From Macrostomum hystrix (lineage: Eukaryota > Animalia > Platyhelminthes), in assembly GCA_950097015.1 (NCBI GenBank), contig CATNEN010000025.1:4402001-4466000 (forward strand): a stretch of DNA of 64,000 nt, given 5' to 3'. Each line of letters opens with the position of its first letter. Within the stretch, counting starts at the first letter, position 1. Under the pieces are notes generated by a model, which did no database searches, was not told the DNA's origin, and saw nothing but the letters and a program-made list of their open reading frames with translations. A program made the translations under genes and the position numbers. Positions 23,700-34,920 of this stretch are shown here, piece by piece.

Positions 23700-25985
23700 A
23701 TGCCGCAATCATCATCTTCATCCGATTCGTCCGATGATGAAACAGTTAAGAAGCCAATAGCACCCGCTGGTAAAGCAGCCAAAAGTCCCGCTAAGCCCAG
23801 TGCTAGCTCAGCTGCAAAAAATCCACAGAAGCGTCCAAAGAAGCAAGAGTCGTCGAGTGATTCCGATTCTTCGGACAGCAAGCCGCCTGTCAAGAAGGCT
23901 GCGCCAGCAAAAAAGGCAGCTCCCGTACCGCAGAAGGTAGTGCCTGAAGATTCCTCTAGCGACTCGTCGTCCGAGGATGAGAAGCCACCTGCCAAGAAGT
24001 CAAACCCGGCTGCCAAGCCTGTTGCTAAGGCCCCTGCTAAGAAAAAAGACTCATCCTCGAGTGACTCTTCATCTGAGGACGAAAAGCCGCCAGCTAAAAA
24101 AGCCGCAACTGCCACACCTGTGGCTAAGCCTGTTGTAAAAACCCCTGCTAAGAAAAAGGAATCATCCTCAAGCGACTCTTCATCTGAGGACGAAAAACCA
24201 CCAGCTAAAAAGCCAGCAGCTGCCACACCTGTGGCTAAGCCTGTTGTAAAAACCCCTGCTAAGAAAAAGGAATCATCCTCAAGCGACTCTTCATCTGAGG
24301 ACGAAAAACCACCAGCTAAAAAGCCAGCAGCTGCCACTCCTAAGCCTGTCGCCAAGACCCCGGCCAAGAAAGAATCTTCGTCTAGTGACTCCTCAGAGGA
24401 TGAAAAGCCTCCAGCTAAAAAGCCAGCAGCTGCCACTCCTAAGCCTGTCGCCAAAGCCCCGGCCAAGAAAGAATCTTCGTCTAGTGACTCCTCAGAGGAT
24501 GAAAAGCCTCCAGCTAAAAAGCCAGCAGCTGCCACACCTGTGGCTAAGCCTGTTGTTAAGACCCCTGCTAAGAAAAAGGACTCATCCTCAAGCGACTCTT
24601 CATCGGAGGATGAGAAGCCGCCTGCCAAAAAACCTGTAGCTGCCACACCAACTGCTAAGCCCGTCGGTAAGGCGCCGGCCAAGAAAGAATCTTCGTCTAG
24701 TGACTCCTCGGAGGATGAGAAACCTCCAGCTAAGAAGCCAGCAGCTGCCACTCCAACGGCTAAGCCCGCTGCTAAGGCTCAGGCCAAAAAACAGGAGTCG
24801 TCCAGTGAGTCCTCTGATGATGAACAGCCCCCGGCAAAAAAGACGGCGCTTAAAGCCAATAAAAAGTCACCAGTATCCAATGAGAAGCTACCTAATGGTA
24901 AGCATTCTGCTGCCAAGCCAACCCACTGTCTTCTGTTCAGCAATCTGGATCCGTCTATTAGCCTTACCGATCTAAAAAGCTTTCTAGATGATCAGAGCAT
25001 TACTCGCACAGACGCAGGCCTAGCAAACGCTCCGATTGCAATGGTCTGCTTTGGCAGTAAGGCTGACGCTGATGCTGCCGCGTTGAAATGCCAAAATGCG
25101 TCGATTAAAAACCACCGATTTAACATTAACGCCTTGTCGGGGTCAGTTGAGCATCTACCCTCTCTACTGGGCGAAGGCGGTCCAAAGCCTACTGGACTGC
25201 CTGCCAGAGACTTTTCCCAAAAAGACAAGTCTCGCGAAGATCTACGTGGTCAGGCCCGTTCTGTCATCTTGCTGAATGTACCAGCCGACTCTGAGGAAGC
25301 CGACGTTCGCGCCGCTTTTCCTGGAGGCTCGCGCTACAATCTCAAGACTAAACCCGGATCCGACTCCGGTGTCTGTTTCGTGGACTTTAACTCCGAAGCG
25401 GAGTGCTCCACTGGATTCGACGAATTTCGTCGCGTCGGAGAGTTCGGCGGCCGTGAAGTTGCTGTGGCCTTTATTGCACCCAGGCAAGAAAGAAAGTCGT
25501 TTGGCGGCGGTGGTGGTGGCGGCGATAACCCTCCTTCAAAGACTGTTGGCGTTTTTAACCTTCCATACAGCGCTTCTGTTGATCAGTTGTGGGAGCATTT
25601 CCCAAAAGCGCAGGATTTGTTCATTCCGAAGAATGAAGAAGGTCAAAGTCGCGGATTCGCAATTGTTACGTTTGATTCAGTTGACAGCGCAAGTGAAGCC
25701 GTTAACAGTACATTAACTTTAGACGGCCGTCAGGTGCGCATCGAATACCGTGAGGATCGAAGCGGCGGTGGTGGACGCGGCGGCGGTCGCGGTGGTGGAC
25801 GTGGCGGATTCGGCGGTGGACGCGGAGGCGGCGGCTTTGGTGGCGGCCGCGGCGGTTTCGGTGGCGGTCGCGGCGGTTTTGGTGGCGGTCGTGGCGGAGG
25901 TCGCGGTGGCTTTGGCGCCTCAAAGCCTCGCGTCGAGATTAACACTGGCAAGCAGAGCCGCAAGTTAGACTCGGATTCGGACTGA
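23700..25985 (+). CDS. NCL: Intronless nucleolin-like protein
   Basis: More than ten alternating SSSDSSSEDE acidic/Ser and TPAKK/KP basic repeats; three RRM-like domains (last has TVGVFNL and RGFAIVTF); C-terminal RGG/FGG box. Confidence 0.9.
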   Translation: MPQSSSSSDSSDDETVKKPIAPAGKAAKSPAKPSASSAAKNPQKRPKKQESSSDSDSSDSKPPVKKAAPAKKAAPVPQKVVPEDSSSDSSSEDEKPPAKKSNPAAKPVAKAPAKKKDSSSSDSSSEDEKPPAKKAATATPVAKPVVKTPAKKKESSSSDSSSEDEKPPAKKPAAATPVAKPVVKTPAKKKESSSSDSSSEDEKPPAKKPAAATPKPVAKTPAKKESSSSDSSEDEKPPAKKPAAATPKPVAKAPAKKESSSSDSSEDEKPPAKKPAAATPVAKPVVKTPAKKKDSSSSDSSSEDEKPPAKKPVAATPTAKPVGKAPAKKESSSSDSSEDEKPPAKKPAAATPTAKPAAKAQAKKQESSSESSDDEQPPAKKTALKANKKSPVSNEKLPNGKHSAAKPTHCLLFSNLDPSISLTDLKSFLDDQSITRTDAGLANAPIAMVCFGSKADADAAALKCQNASIKNHRFNINALSGSVEHLPSLLGEGGPKPTGLPARDFSQKDKSREDLRGQARSVILLNVPADSEEADVRAAFPGGSRYNLKTKPGSDSGVCFVDFNSEAECSTGFDEFRRVGEFGGREVAVAFIAPRQERKSFGGGGGGGDNPPSKTVGVFNLPYSASVDQLWEHFPKAQDLFIPKNEEGQSRGFAIVTFDSVDSASEAVNSTLTLDGRQVRIEYREDRSGGGGRGGGRGGGRGGFGGGRGGGGFGGGRGGFGGGRGGFGGGRGGGRGGFGASKPRVEINTGKQSRKLDSDSD

Positions 25986-26757
25986 CCGCAAAGTGACTGA
26001 TAATATCGTCATCATAAACTATTTTTATTCGCAAATTATATTGAAATTGTATTGACACGAGGCTTGTTTCACCATCTTTTTGTTTGCGCGTCGTGATCGT
26101 GTATCGATTTTTTCCGGTTAAATAATTTTAATTGGGATTGTTAAATTGTTTATTATTTAACTTACAATCAGAAAAGGGTTCAAAACAAGTGCTTTTATCC
26201 AATATCATGGCTTGGATTATTGCAACATGGCTTAGATTATTGACAAGTGTGTATGTACATCGACAAGTACATTTTGACAAGCTAATTAGGAAGACTAATC
26301 AGAAATTAGCTAATATAAATTGTATCGTTGACCTGTTAAAGATAATTAAAAAGGTAAAAATCAATTTTTTGAGAACCGCTTTTAACCAAAAAACGAAAAT
26401 TAGTCGCTTTTTCTGTACGCTTGTGTAGGTTTCGCAAATTATTCAAAACCAGCAAGTTAATTATTATGTTAATTAATTATTGATTTCCTCCATTAATTTT
26501 GATGTTATATTTTCCGTCTAAATTTAACAGCTTGCTCGAAACGTGCTGTCTAGTTTCACTAATGTAATTTCTTTTTGGTGAACACCTGCGAAAAAAACTT
26601 TTGCACGGAGCGGCATTTTGCATTTGCACCCATACCAATTCCTGTCTAATTTAGCATCACATAATCCAACTCATTGGATTAAACTGTCTAAAAGCAGGCT
26701 TTAAATTGGTGACCATTTGACAACTTTTTTGTGCCTGTCGCAGAAGAGCAAACGCCG

Positions 26758-27260
26758 TGTATTATCTGAAGCGTTTTAAGCACTACAAGTGCTGTTGGAA
26801 TAGAAAAAACTCAAAGAATCAATCGCTTTGTCTTTCGTTTTTACTTTACTTGCTTTTTAACTCGCTGGAAATAGGCTAGGCACTAAAATTATGAACTACG
26901 ACAACAGTGGTTGGTAGATGTAGTAATGAATTAAGACTAGCTAACTATTTCTTATGCAACAAATTGAGTCCTCGCAGTAAGAGCCCGTTCATACGGCAGT
27001 GAGCCAATTCAGGCCGAGTCAAAATATATTTAAGTTTAACAGAGCGATAAGGAAGGGGGGTTGGTTAGAAGGGTAACATGTGCGCGGACTGGCCAGAGGT
27101 AAGAGATGAAACGCAGGGGAAGGAAAGAGAGACGAGGTGAGAGCCAATCAGAGCCGAGAGAGAAAATAAGGCTAATAAATAAATTGAACAGGCAGGGGGA
27201 GAGACGAGAGAGTACATTAAGAGGGCGCGTGAAATGAGAAACCAGGGAGAAGTTAATACA
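26758..27260 (-). mobile_element. 3' LTR (503 bp) of the BEL/Pao element
   Basis: The minus strand starts TGTATTA (27260) and ends TAATACA (26758), a 7-bp perfect inverted terminus. It is immediately preceded by T-run + GGGAGAG polypurine tract (27261-27274). TATA-like TAAATATA at 27025-27032. Confidence 0.85.
26954..26997 (-). other. Spliced-leader-exon-like sequence inside the LTR
   Basis: GCCGTATGAACGGGCTCTTACTGCGAGGACTCAATTTGTTGCAT; ~38/45 identical to the Macrostomum SL as I recall it (GCCGTAAAGACGGTCTCTTACTGCGAAGACTCAATTTATTGCATG). No GT donor follows. Confidence 0.75.
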
Positions 27261-27475
27261 CTCTCCCAAAAAAATACGACGTGATTTCTTTTTTTTCTCA
27301 AAGTTGAATAAAGTTAAAGTAACGAAAAGTAACGAATCGTAGATTTTGGAGCACAAATGTCTCGACTTACACTCGTAATTAGCAAAATTTGAAAAAAAAC
27401 TCAAAACCGAAAAACAGGAGCATAAGCAAAGAATAAAGTAACTAGAGATTTTCAATTGAAAGGTTAATGAAAAAA

Positions 27476-30400
27476 CTAATCAGAGATCGAGAATTCTAGT
27501 GGAACGAGAGCCTGCACGGGTCTCCTAATGCACTCCGCCCTCTGAGAGTCAGCAGACCGGGCCAAACGGACCAGGGCAGACCTGCAGACACCGTGAAACA
27601 CAAGTTTGTGGCAGTGATTGATAAGTAGACGCTCGAGCGGAGCATAGTGAGGCAAAAGGATCGGATTGTTTACTTGGAACGGCACATTGTTCGAGAGGCG
27701 GCCTCGACAACGGATGAGTCCGAAGTCGTCAATGAAAACATTAGGATTGCGACTGAGTTGAGTCGACTCAGTTTTGTTGCGTAAATGATTTAACTCTGAA
27801 GAGAAGCAGACTTCCTGATAGTCTGAGATCCAAAGATTCTGACTTTCAGTAAGTTCTTGAGCTGTGATAGGCGAAGTACGCTTGTCTCCCCCCGTGACTG
27901 ACTCTTTAATATTGTAGATGAATCGACGGACCCATGCAGTTGTCCGAAGCAGTTTTGTCCAGTTGGAAAACTTTGTCAAGTCAATGATTGACGAGATTGA
28001 CGATGGAGTCGAAATACGACCTAAATTAGTGTTCGTTTCGGCTGTCGACATTGCAGCCGAGTTAGACTCGAGTGTTTCTAGCTTCGCTGAGCTACATGTA
28101 TGTACTGTTTCTGATACTGAAGTAGCTACATGTAGAGTGAGATCGGCTTCAGATAAGACTGCATTTGTCTCCCGAACGTCTTTTTGAAGCTGCTTTTGCA
28201 GCTGCGTTTTGACCGGTGAGCGGAGGAAAGAGGGGCCGTGTAGCGACGTGTCGTTGTGAATGAACTTTTCGAGTGAGCATCCACGTGACGGCAAGTCAGC
28301 TGGGTTTCGCTCCCCAGGCACGTGAAACCATTCGGATGGCGAAGAGAGACGTCGAATTTCATTGACTCTGTTCTGAACAAACAGTTTCCTCTGTTTGGAC
28401 TCATTTTTGGTCCACTGCAAGGTGTTCATGCTGTCTGTCCAGAAGTTGCGAATAATTGACGGGAAATTCTGCGAAGTCACGTGCACCAGACGGGTCAAGA
28501 TTAATGCTGCGAGAAGCTCTAGTCGAGAAATTGACATCTGGGAGATCGGTGCAACTCGCGTTTTCGACGTCACCAGATTGGATGACGTGGAACCGTCTGT
28601 GTAGGTTGCAGTCACGTAGATGCACGCCGCAAATGCCTTATCGCTGGCATCGCAGAAGCCATGCAAGGTGATTTGGGTAGGCTTTTGAGCAGATTTAAAG
28701 AGAAACCGTGGAACTTCGAACGTATGCACTTGAAGCGATTTGAGCCACTGATTCCAGGTTTGACAAATGTCTGCGGGGATCTCTTCGTCCCAGGACAGTT
28801 TGCGAATGCACAGTTGTTGCAGGAGGCACTTTGCAAGAGTAAGAATAGGGGAAATTAGACCGAGTGGATCATACAGCTTCGCGAGAAAGGCTAGGATCGA
28901 CCGTTTAGTAGGTAGCTGAAGTGAGGCTAATTCTGCATATTGACGGAAGTCAAGAATTAGAGAATCGCGAACTGAATCCCATCGAACGCCAAGAACCTTC
29001 TCGGTATGCCCAACGTCTTCTGAGGGAACACCCGAAAGAGATGGCTGAGAGTTTGATTGCCACTGTCGCAGGTTCATTCCCGCAGACATGAAAATTGCCT
29101 TAGCTTCCTGACGCAATTGATGCGCGTCATCCACGGAGTCACAAGTTGTCAACGTACATGTCGCGGCTGAGAATTGAGGTGCTTTTAGGATATTTCGACT
29201 TTTGATAGTCTCGAGATGGTGCAGAATTGTGACTTTTAGAAGAGCTGGTGAACAGGTGAGACCGAATGGAACTCGGCAAAATCGGTACTGAACGATTGGA
29301 CCTTCACCATCGGGATTGTCCGTCTGGTGCCAAAGGAAGCGAAGATAATCTCTGTCTCCAGGATCAATCGCGACTTGAAGAAAAGCCTTTTCAATGTCCG
29401 CTTGAATCGCTACCGAGTTCCATCGGAACCGAATCAGCAGCGCCGGAATCTGTGGAAAATCATTCGGTCCGATTTGTAGAAGATCGTTAATTGAAAAGTC
29501 ACTTTTGTTCCGCTTGGCCGAACCGTCATGAACGATTCGTAGCTTTGTGTGTTCACTGTCAGATTTGGCAACACACGAGTGAGGCAAGTAGTGAACTACG
29601 GATTGTGGTTTCCGCAAGTCTGACGGGGAAACTCGTTCGATAATCCCGGAATTTTCCTGGTCAGCAAGGATGTCGTTGTACTTAGCTTGAAGAAGCGAAT
29701 CTTTGGAAAGCGTGCGCATCGTTGAACGCCATCGACTGTATGCTAGATCGAAGTGGTTATTGAGCGAAGGTTGTGCGTCTGAATGCTTCCACGGAAGCTG
29801 GACAGAGTAGCGATCGTGAGCATAGTGAGGAGCACAGTGGAAGGGCTCAACATCGTCTTTTGAACCGGGTTCAGCGATCCCTAGCGTTTCGAGCTTCCAA
29901 AAGTGGGACAGCTGTTCATCGCTACTGAATTCTTCAGTGGTGGATTTGTGAGACTAGAGCGCAGGCGGAGCCAAGTCTAGCGGAGTTTGAGGACCCGTAA
30001 GATTTTTCAGAGCTGGTGGATTTGTGAGACTCGGCACCTGCGGCCTGGTGGATTTGAATCTCAGTTTTCAGACACTTGAGGAGCGAAGCAACGAATCGAT
30101 CTCCTTGCCCATGTGACTAGCCGAGCGATGCAACTCCAAACGAAAATCAGGCGGGCAACGCTTTAGGAGGCTTGAGAGAAAGAGAGTTTCGTAGGAGGAC
30201 TCAGAGACACCTTGATTTTTAAGACTGAGAGTCGGGGCGGCAATGTCGTCATGAAAGCGTTGCAGCTCTTGCAGGGAGGTATTTGCGAGGCGGAGATCGG
30301 AGAGTTGCGACATTAGATCGCGGATGATCAGATCCTGATTGCCAAATCTCTCTTTAAGAGTGGCCAATGCCTCAGAGTAGTTGGCCGCAGTGACTGCAAA

Positions 30401-30643
30401 ACCACGAATTGAGGCTCGAGCAGAGTCAGACAGAGAGTCGAGAAGATAGTTAAATTTGTCGATATCCGAAAGAGTGGGATTTGAATCAATTGACGACGAG
30501 AACTGATCCCAGAAAGGTTGCCATTCAGAAATTGAACCCTCGAAGACTGGGATTTGCCTTTTGGGTAGTTTGATGGATGACTGCTTAACTGCTGGATGAT
30601 CGTACGACAATTTGGTGGTGTCATGAATATGAGGTGCAGTCAA
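27476..30643 (-). mobile_element. BEL/Pao LTR retrotransposon gag-pol, internally deleted
   Basis: Gag DUF1759-type (KLPKRQIPVFEGSISEWQPFWDQF), RT (KLRIVHDGS, QADIEKAFLQV), Pao RNase H/A17 (GFCDAS, SKTRVAP, RLELLAA, WTDS, NPADLPSRG), integrase Zn-finger start joined to the C-terminal RPVQALVPLE. Confidence 0.95.
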
Positions 30644-30656
30644 TTGGCTTAGCTTT

Positions 30657-30918
30657 TGTTATAATAATGAAGGCGTACTTGACGTGAATAGGCGAGGCTA
30701 TATGCCAGCTTGTATTATTCGGCTTGAAGCAAATCGAACCCTAATAGAACGACAGGCGTGGGTTATAGACTTAAAGGGATACGCCAGGTTGGGGCATAGA
30801 CAATAAACGAAGCAGCAACGCTTTTGCTAGTAATAACGTAACTAAATGACACGCGATGAACAGATAACGACTGCAGTGCAATAATGATTTATATGATACC
30901 AACTCGCACAGCATAACA
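30657..30918 (-). mobile_element. 3' LTR (262 bp) of Gypsy element A
   Basis: TGTTAT...ATAACA 6-bp inverted termini; PPT AGAAGGGGGACA directly upstream on the minus strand (30919-30930). Confidence 0.85.
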
Positions 30919-32931
30919 TGTCCCCCTTCTGATAAGAAAGGTGTGTTCTCGAGAAGAAACCAACGAGTGAGAATACATATTAGTTATAGAATGCGAATAA
31001 ACAAAACCATATAGTGCGTTGTCAGTTAGGACTCCAATTCAATTGAGATGGGACAGTAATTTATAGATCATGGCTCAAAACGATCAGGTGCGCGCCGAGC
31101 ACGCGCGCTCCTGCGCGGTGCAAATCCAGCTTCCTGTTGGTCATTCGCAGGCTGCTCCTCCTGGTCCCTGACCTCAGAAGCGGCTTCCTCCTCCTCCTCT
31201 CCAGTCCCAGGTAGCGGAGCGATTTGGTTGTTGCTCGCCAGTCGCAATTGGTCCCCAGCCAACAGCCAGGAAGTATTATGTCCTCGCGACATCAGGAACT
31301 GGGCTTGGGAGGAAGGAGCATCAGCATTGGGCTTGTAAACCACCCTGGCGCCCTGTTGAAACGTAGAGACGACTGGAACTCGAAGAGATCGTCCAAATAG
31401 CAATTCAGTCGGTCTCTTACCGCGCCACAGAGAGGAATTGCGGTGGTGCAGAAGCACTTTCTGCAAGTAGGACAGGAAGTCACAGTGAGTTAGTCGCTGA
31501 GTCCAGGCCTGTAGTGCCGTTGAGTTAGTAAGGAACGTGGCCTCTTGGGCAGTAGATTTGAGTTGTTATATAGTCGCAGCCACATAGTGCTGCCGACGTG
31601 CAGCCCAGTCATGAGCGCATTACGCAACACATACATGCCAAGAGCAGTGCACGTTGACCGTGACGCTATGCCAGCGTGGGAGGGAGAGGGCAACGCAGTG
31701 CACTACAAGGCCTTAAGGGCTCTTTTAACTGTCTGCACGGCGCGCTCCGCGGCACCGTTAGATTGTGGTGAATAGCGGGGTGATTCTAATTTGCGCGCTC
31801 CGTTTGCCTGCAGCCAGTCCAACAAAACGTCAGATGTAAATTCGGCCCCGTTATCGAAAACTACGACCTCTGGAACACCAAACCGGCAAAAAACAGTTCG
31901 GAGGCACTTCAGGACGCTTTCGGCAGATCTATCCTTTGATGGAAAGGCCTCAATCCATCCGGAAAAGGCATCGACAACTATCAGAATGTTCCCAACTCCA
32001 GGCACAAAGGCCCAATCTATGTGGATTCTCTGGAATGGGGCCGATGCCGGGGGCCAAATGTCGCGTGACTTCATCAGACGTGGCCTCAATTTAGCGCATG
32101 CATAGCACTGGCGCACAAACTCCTCCGTGTCGTGATGCATTCCAGGCCACCAGCAGGTCAGAGACAGCAGATTGTATGTCGCAGAAACTCCTAAATGAGT
32201 ATCGTAAACCGCTTTGAATGCTTCGAGGCGCAGTCGAGGCGGGATGAAGATACGCCTTCCCATGTACAACAGACCATTCTCAATCGTCAGGCGCTCAGCT
32301 ACCTTCTTGAACGGCATCTCCACTTCTGAGCAATCTTTCCAGTTTCCTGAACGGATTCTCTTCATCACCCGCTGAGTTACTGAGTCGGCAGCGAGTTCGA
32401 TAGCAATTCGCTGTGGATCTACTTTAGGGGACTCAAAGGCCACACAGTTGATGGTCGCCACGACCTCCTTTGGCTCGGAGTCCACTTTTTCAAACGGCAG
32501 GCGCGAGAGCGCATCGGCGTGTGGGATCTTTACACCGGGAAAATATTGGATTCGGAAATCAAATTGCATCAAATATAGTGCCCATCGACTGATCCTAGCC
32601 GAAGTGCTTGTAGGGATCGCACCTCCAAAAAGGCGCAGAAGTGGTTGGTGGTCTGTTTGGATTGTGAATTTTCTTCCCTGGAGGTAGTGCTTCAGGAGGC
32701 ACACCGCCCAAAATATTGCAAGGGCCTCTCTCTCGATGTTGGAGTAGTTCTCCTCAGCTTGCGAAAGCGTTCTGGAAATGAAAATTACCGGATGGTCCTC
32801 CTGCGTCAAGACGCCGGCCAGCGCTCCTTTAGATGCGTCCGTCGTCAACGTGACCTCCTTCTCCAGTGAGTATGGTTGCACTACAGGTCTCGTGGAGATT
32901 TCCCTTTTCAAGCTCTCGAAAGCTTGTCAGC
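30919..32931 (-). mobile_element. Ty3/Gypsy element A pol remnant (RNase H, integrase), 5'-truncated
   Basis: TTDASKGALAGVLTQ, YSNIEREALA, FTIQTDHQPL (RNase H); THLG..WWPGM..C..C Zn finger; RIHIDWA, VVFDNGAEF, PQSNGAAER (DDE integrase). Frame broken after 31703. Confidence 0.95.
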
Positions 32932-34920
32932 TCCTTCCTGTTGGATTTCTGAAAGGTGGGCTTGCTGCCATAGTTGCAGATAAGCAGATCATACGAATTG
33001 GGGCATGATAAAATCAATAAGCCAGTCTCCTCTAAGGTTACTATTACTACTTGCCCAAGCAGTGTTGTGCGCATTGGCGTCGCAGCCGATTAGCAGCCTC
33101 TTTTTCTCAAGGTTGCAGAAGTCTGCGAATTCCTGCATGAGCGGCGGGGGAACGTACGCCTGGATATGTAGGCAGATGTAGGCTTTCACATAAAAATGGT
33201 GAAAATACACACGTCCCTGCTACAGAACATTGGCATAATAGTGGCTGGAAGGTCATCTGCGCAGTGTTAGAGGACTTGGTAGCCACTTGGTAACCCTGTG
33301 GGTTTGCTACTGTGGGTGTACGGTTCTTGGATGAGGTAAATACCGACGGGCGAGCCTCCCATTAAGTCATTGAGGCTTGCTGAAGCCGCAAATGCGTGAT
33401 GCGGGTTAATCTGCACAGCATGCAGGTTGCGCACGCGATTTGTCACCTCAGGCGGAAAATGAAAGTATTTTGACATTGGGCATCATCCCTGGGCCGTCCC
33501 TCAGACTATTGCGCATCATCATAGATTAGAGAACGCCATTACGCGTCTTCCTCTGAGCCTACTGAGCTCCCGGAGTCCTCCCGACGGCGGCCGCCAAAAG
33601 TGTGGCGCTTCTGCCTCGGCAGGTGGAGCACCAGCTTCCAGGCACCAGCGTAGACTGCGTTGCCGCTCTTCTTGATGGCCTCTTCCCACTCGGAGGAAAG
33701 GCCCACGTAGAAGGTCTTGCCGGGTCTCTCCTTGGCCGGGACCTCCTTAAAAGCCCGGAGGCCGTCATGTGGGAGATCGGGTTTCTTGGCGACCAGCTTG
33801 GCGCGGATGTCCTTGATGGAACGGGTTCCCGAGTAAAACGCCCTGTACCTCCTGCAGGGAGGAGGCGGGCGCGCTATCTTGACAGTCATGTCAGGAACTC
33901 ACCGGATGATGAGCCGGCCAGGATGATGTTGCCGTTAGCAAAACGGATGGATTCGACCTCGATGTTGAGCTGGTCGTTATCCCACAGGAAGTCGTCAACT
34001 TTCGCAACGGCGTCTTCCAACTGGGCTTCATTCAGAGTCCCGGCCGAGGCCCGGATGCAGATCTTGTGGGCCAGCTCTTCTGCAACCTTGGCAAAGCTGA
34101 CCACATCCTTCCCTTTAGAACGCTTGGCCTCCGTGTGGGTGTTCTTGTCATCTGGCTCCTGCCTCTTGCTAGAGCGAGCATCGCAGTTACGCCGCGAGAC
34201 GAGGGTGAAGCCCTCATTGTCAACACCGCCCTAAGGGGCGGAGGCAGGTTTCCTGCAGCAGGGGTAAGGGGGGCCGCAGGGTTCGCAGCAGAGGAAACCT
34301 CCGAGTTGGAGGGCTGGGGAATTGACGGACCCCCGGCCCCAGATATTGACGGCATCCGTGCCGGATCTGGCGATTTGTTAGCGTCCATAGGCTTTGGCTA
34401 AAAAGAAGAGTGAACAATGTAGAAAGCGCATGGAAAACCGCTCGGGGGCTAGATATACCCCTAGCCAGCTTCCGAGGAAGCATCAGGCTTTGGGTGCCGT
34501 CTACTGCCAAGGATTCCTCCCTGGCAAGGCTCAGGCAGCCCCCAGTCTACACTCAGTGCAGCAAGATCAGGGGCACGGGCCGGAAGCCAGGCTAGGCCAG
34601 CAACGCCAGTTCGAGTTGACTACCAGCGTCACCAGCTTCCCATAACCGAAAACAGGTACTCCAGAACCTGTGTGGTACCAGTTGCATATGCTGACTGTCG
34701 GTGGGTGCCCGTCGCTTAGTCAGTAGACGGACACCTAGCAGCCACCAACCCGCGGGAGCACCGCGGGTGGGGCCCCGTCCCTCCGCGAAAGGGAAGAAGG
34801 AGCTTCTTCCAAAAAGAAAACGAAAAGCTGGTGGATGTCACAGGACCCCTCGGTTCGCAGACAACTTTGTCCCCACATGACCAACATATTTGTACTTTTA
34901 AAACGGCCACGTGACTTAGC
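32931..34920 (-). mobile_element. 5' portion of an APE-type non-LTR retrotransposon (R1/LOA-like): 5' UTR, frameshifted ORF1, endonuclease
   Basis: QINPHHAFAAS...LIQEPY; LIGCDANAHNTAWASSNSNLRGDWL; LLICNYGSKPTF (APE motifs). ORF1 pieces at 34388-33539. No RT is present. Confidence 0.85.

Noticed and set aside
23690-24751. 353-aa minus-strand ORF
   Set aside because: Antisense shadow of the repetitive nucleolin N-terminus.
26954-26997. Functional SL RNA gene
   Set aside because: The exon-like part is not followed by G|GT, an intron portion or an evident Sm site, and it lies inside an LTR.
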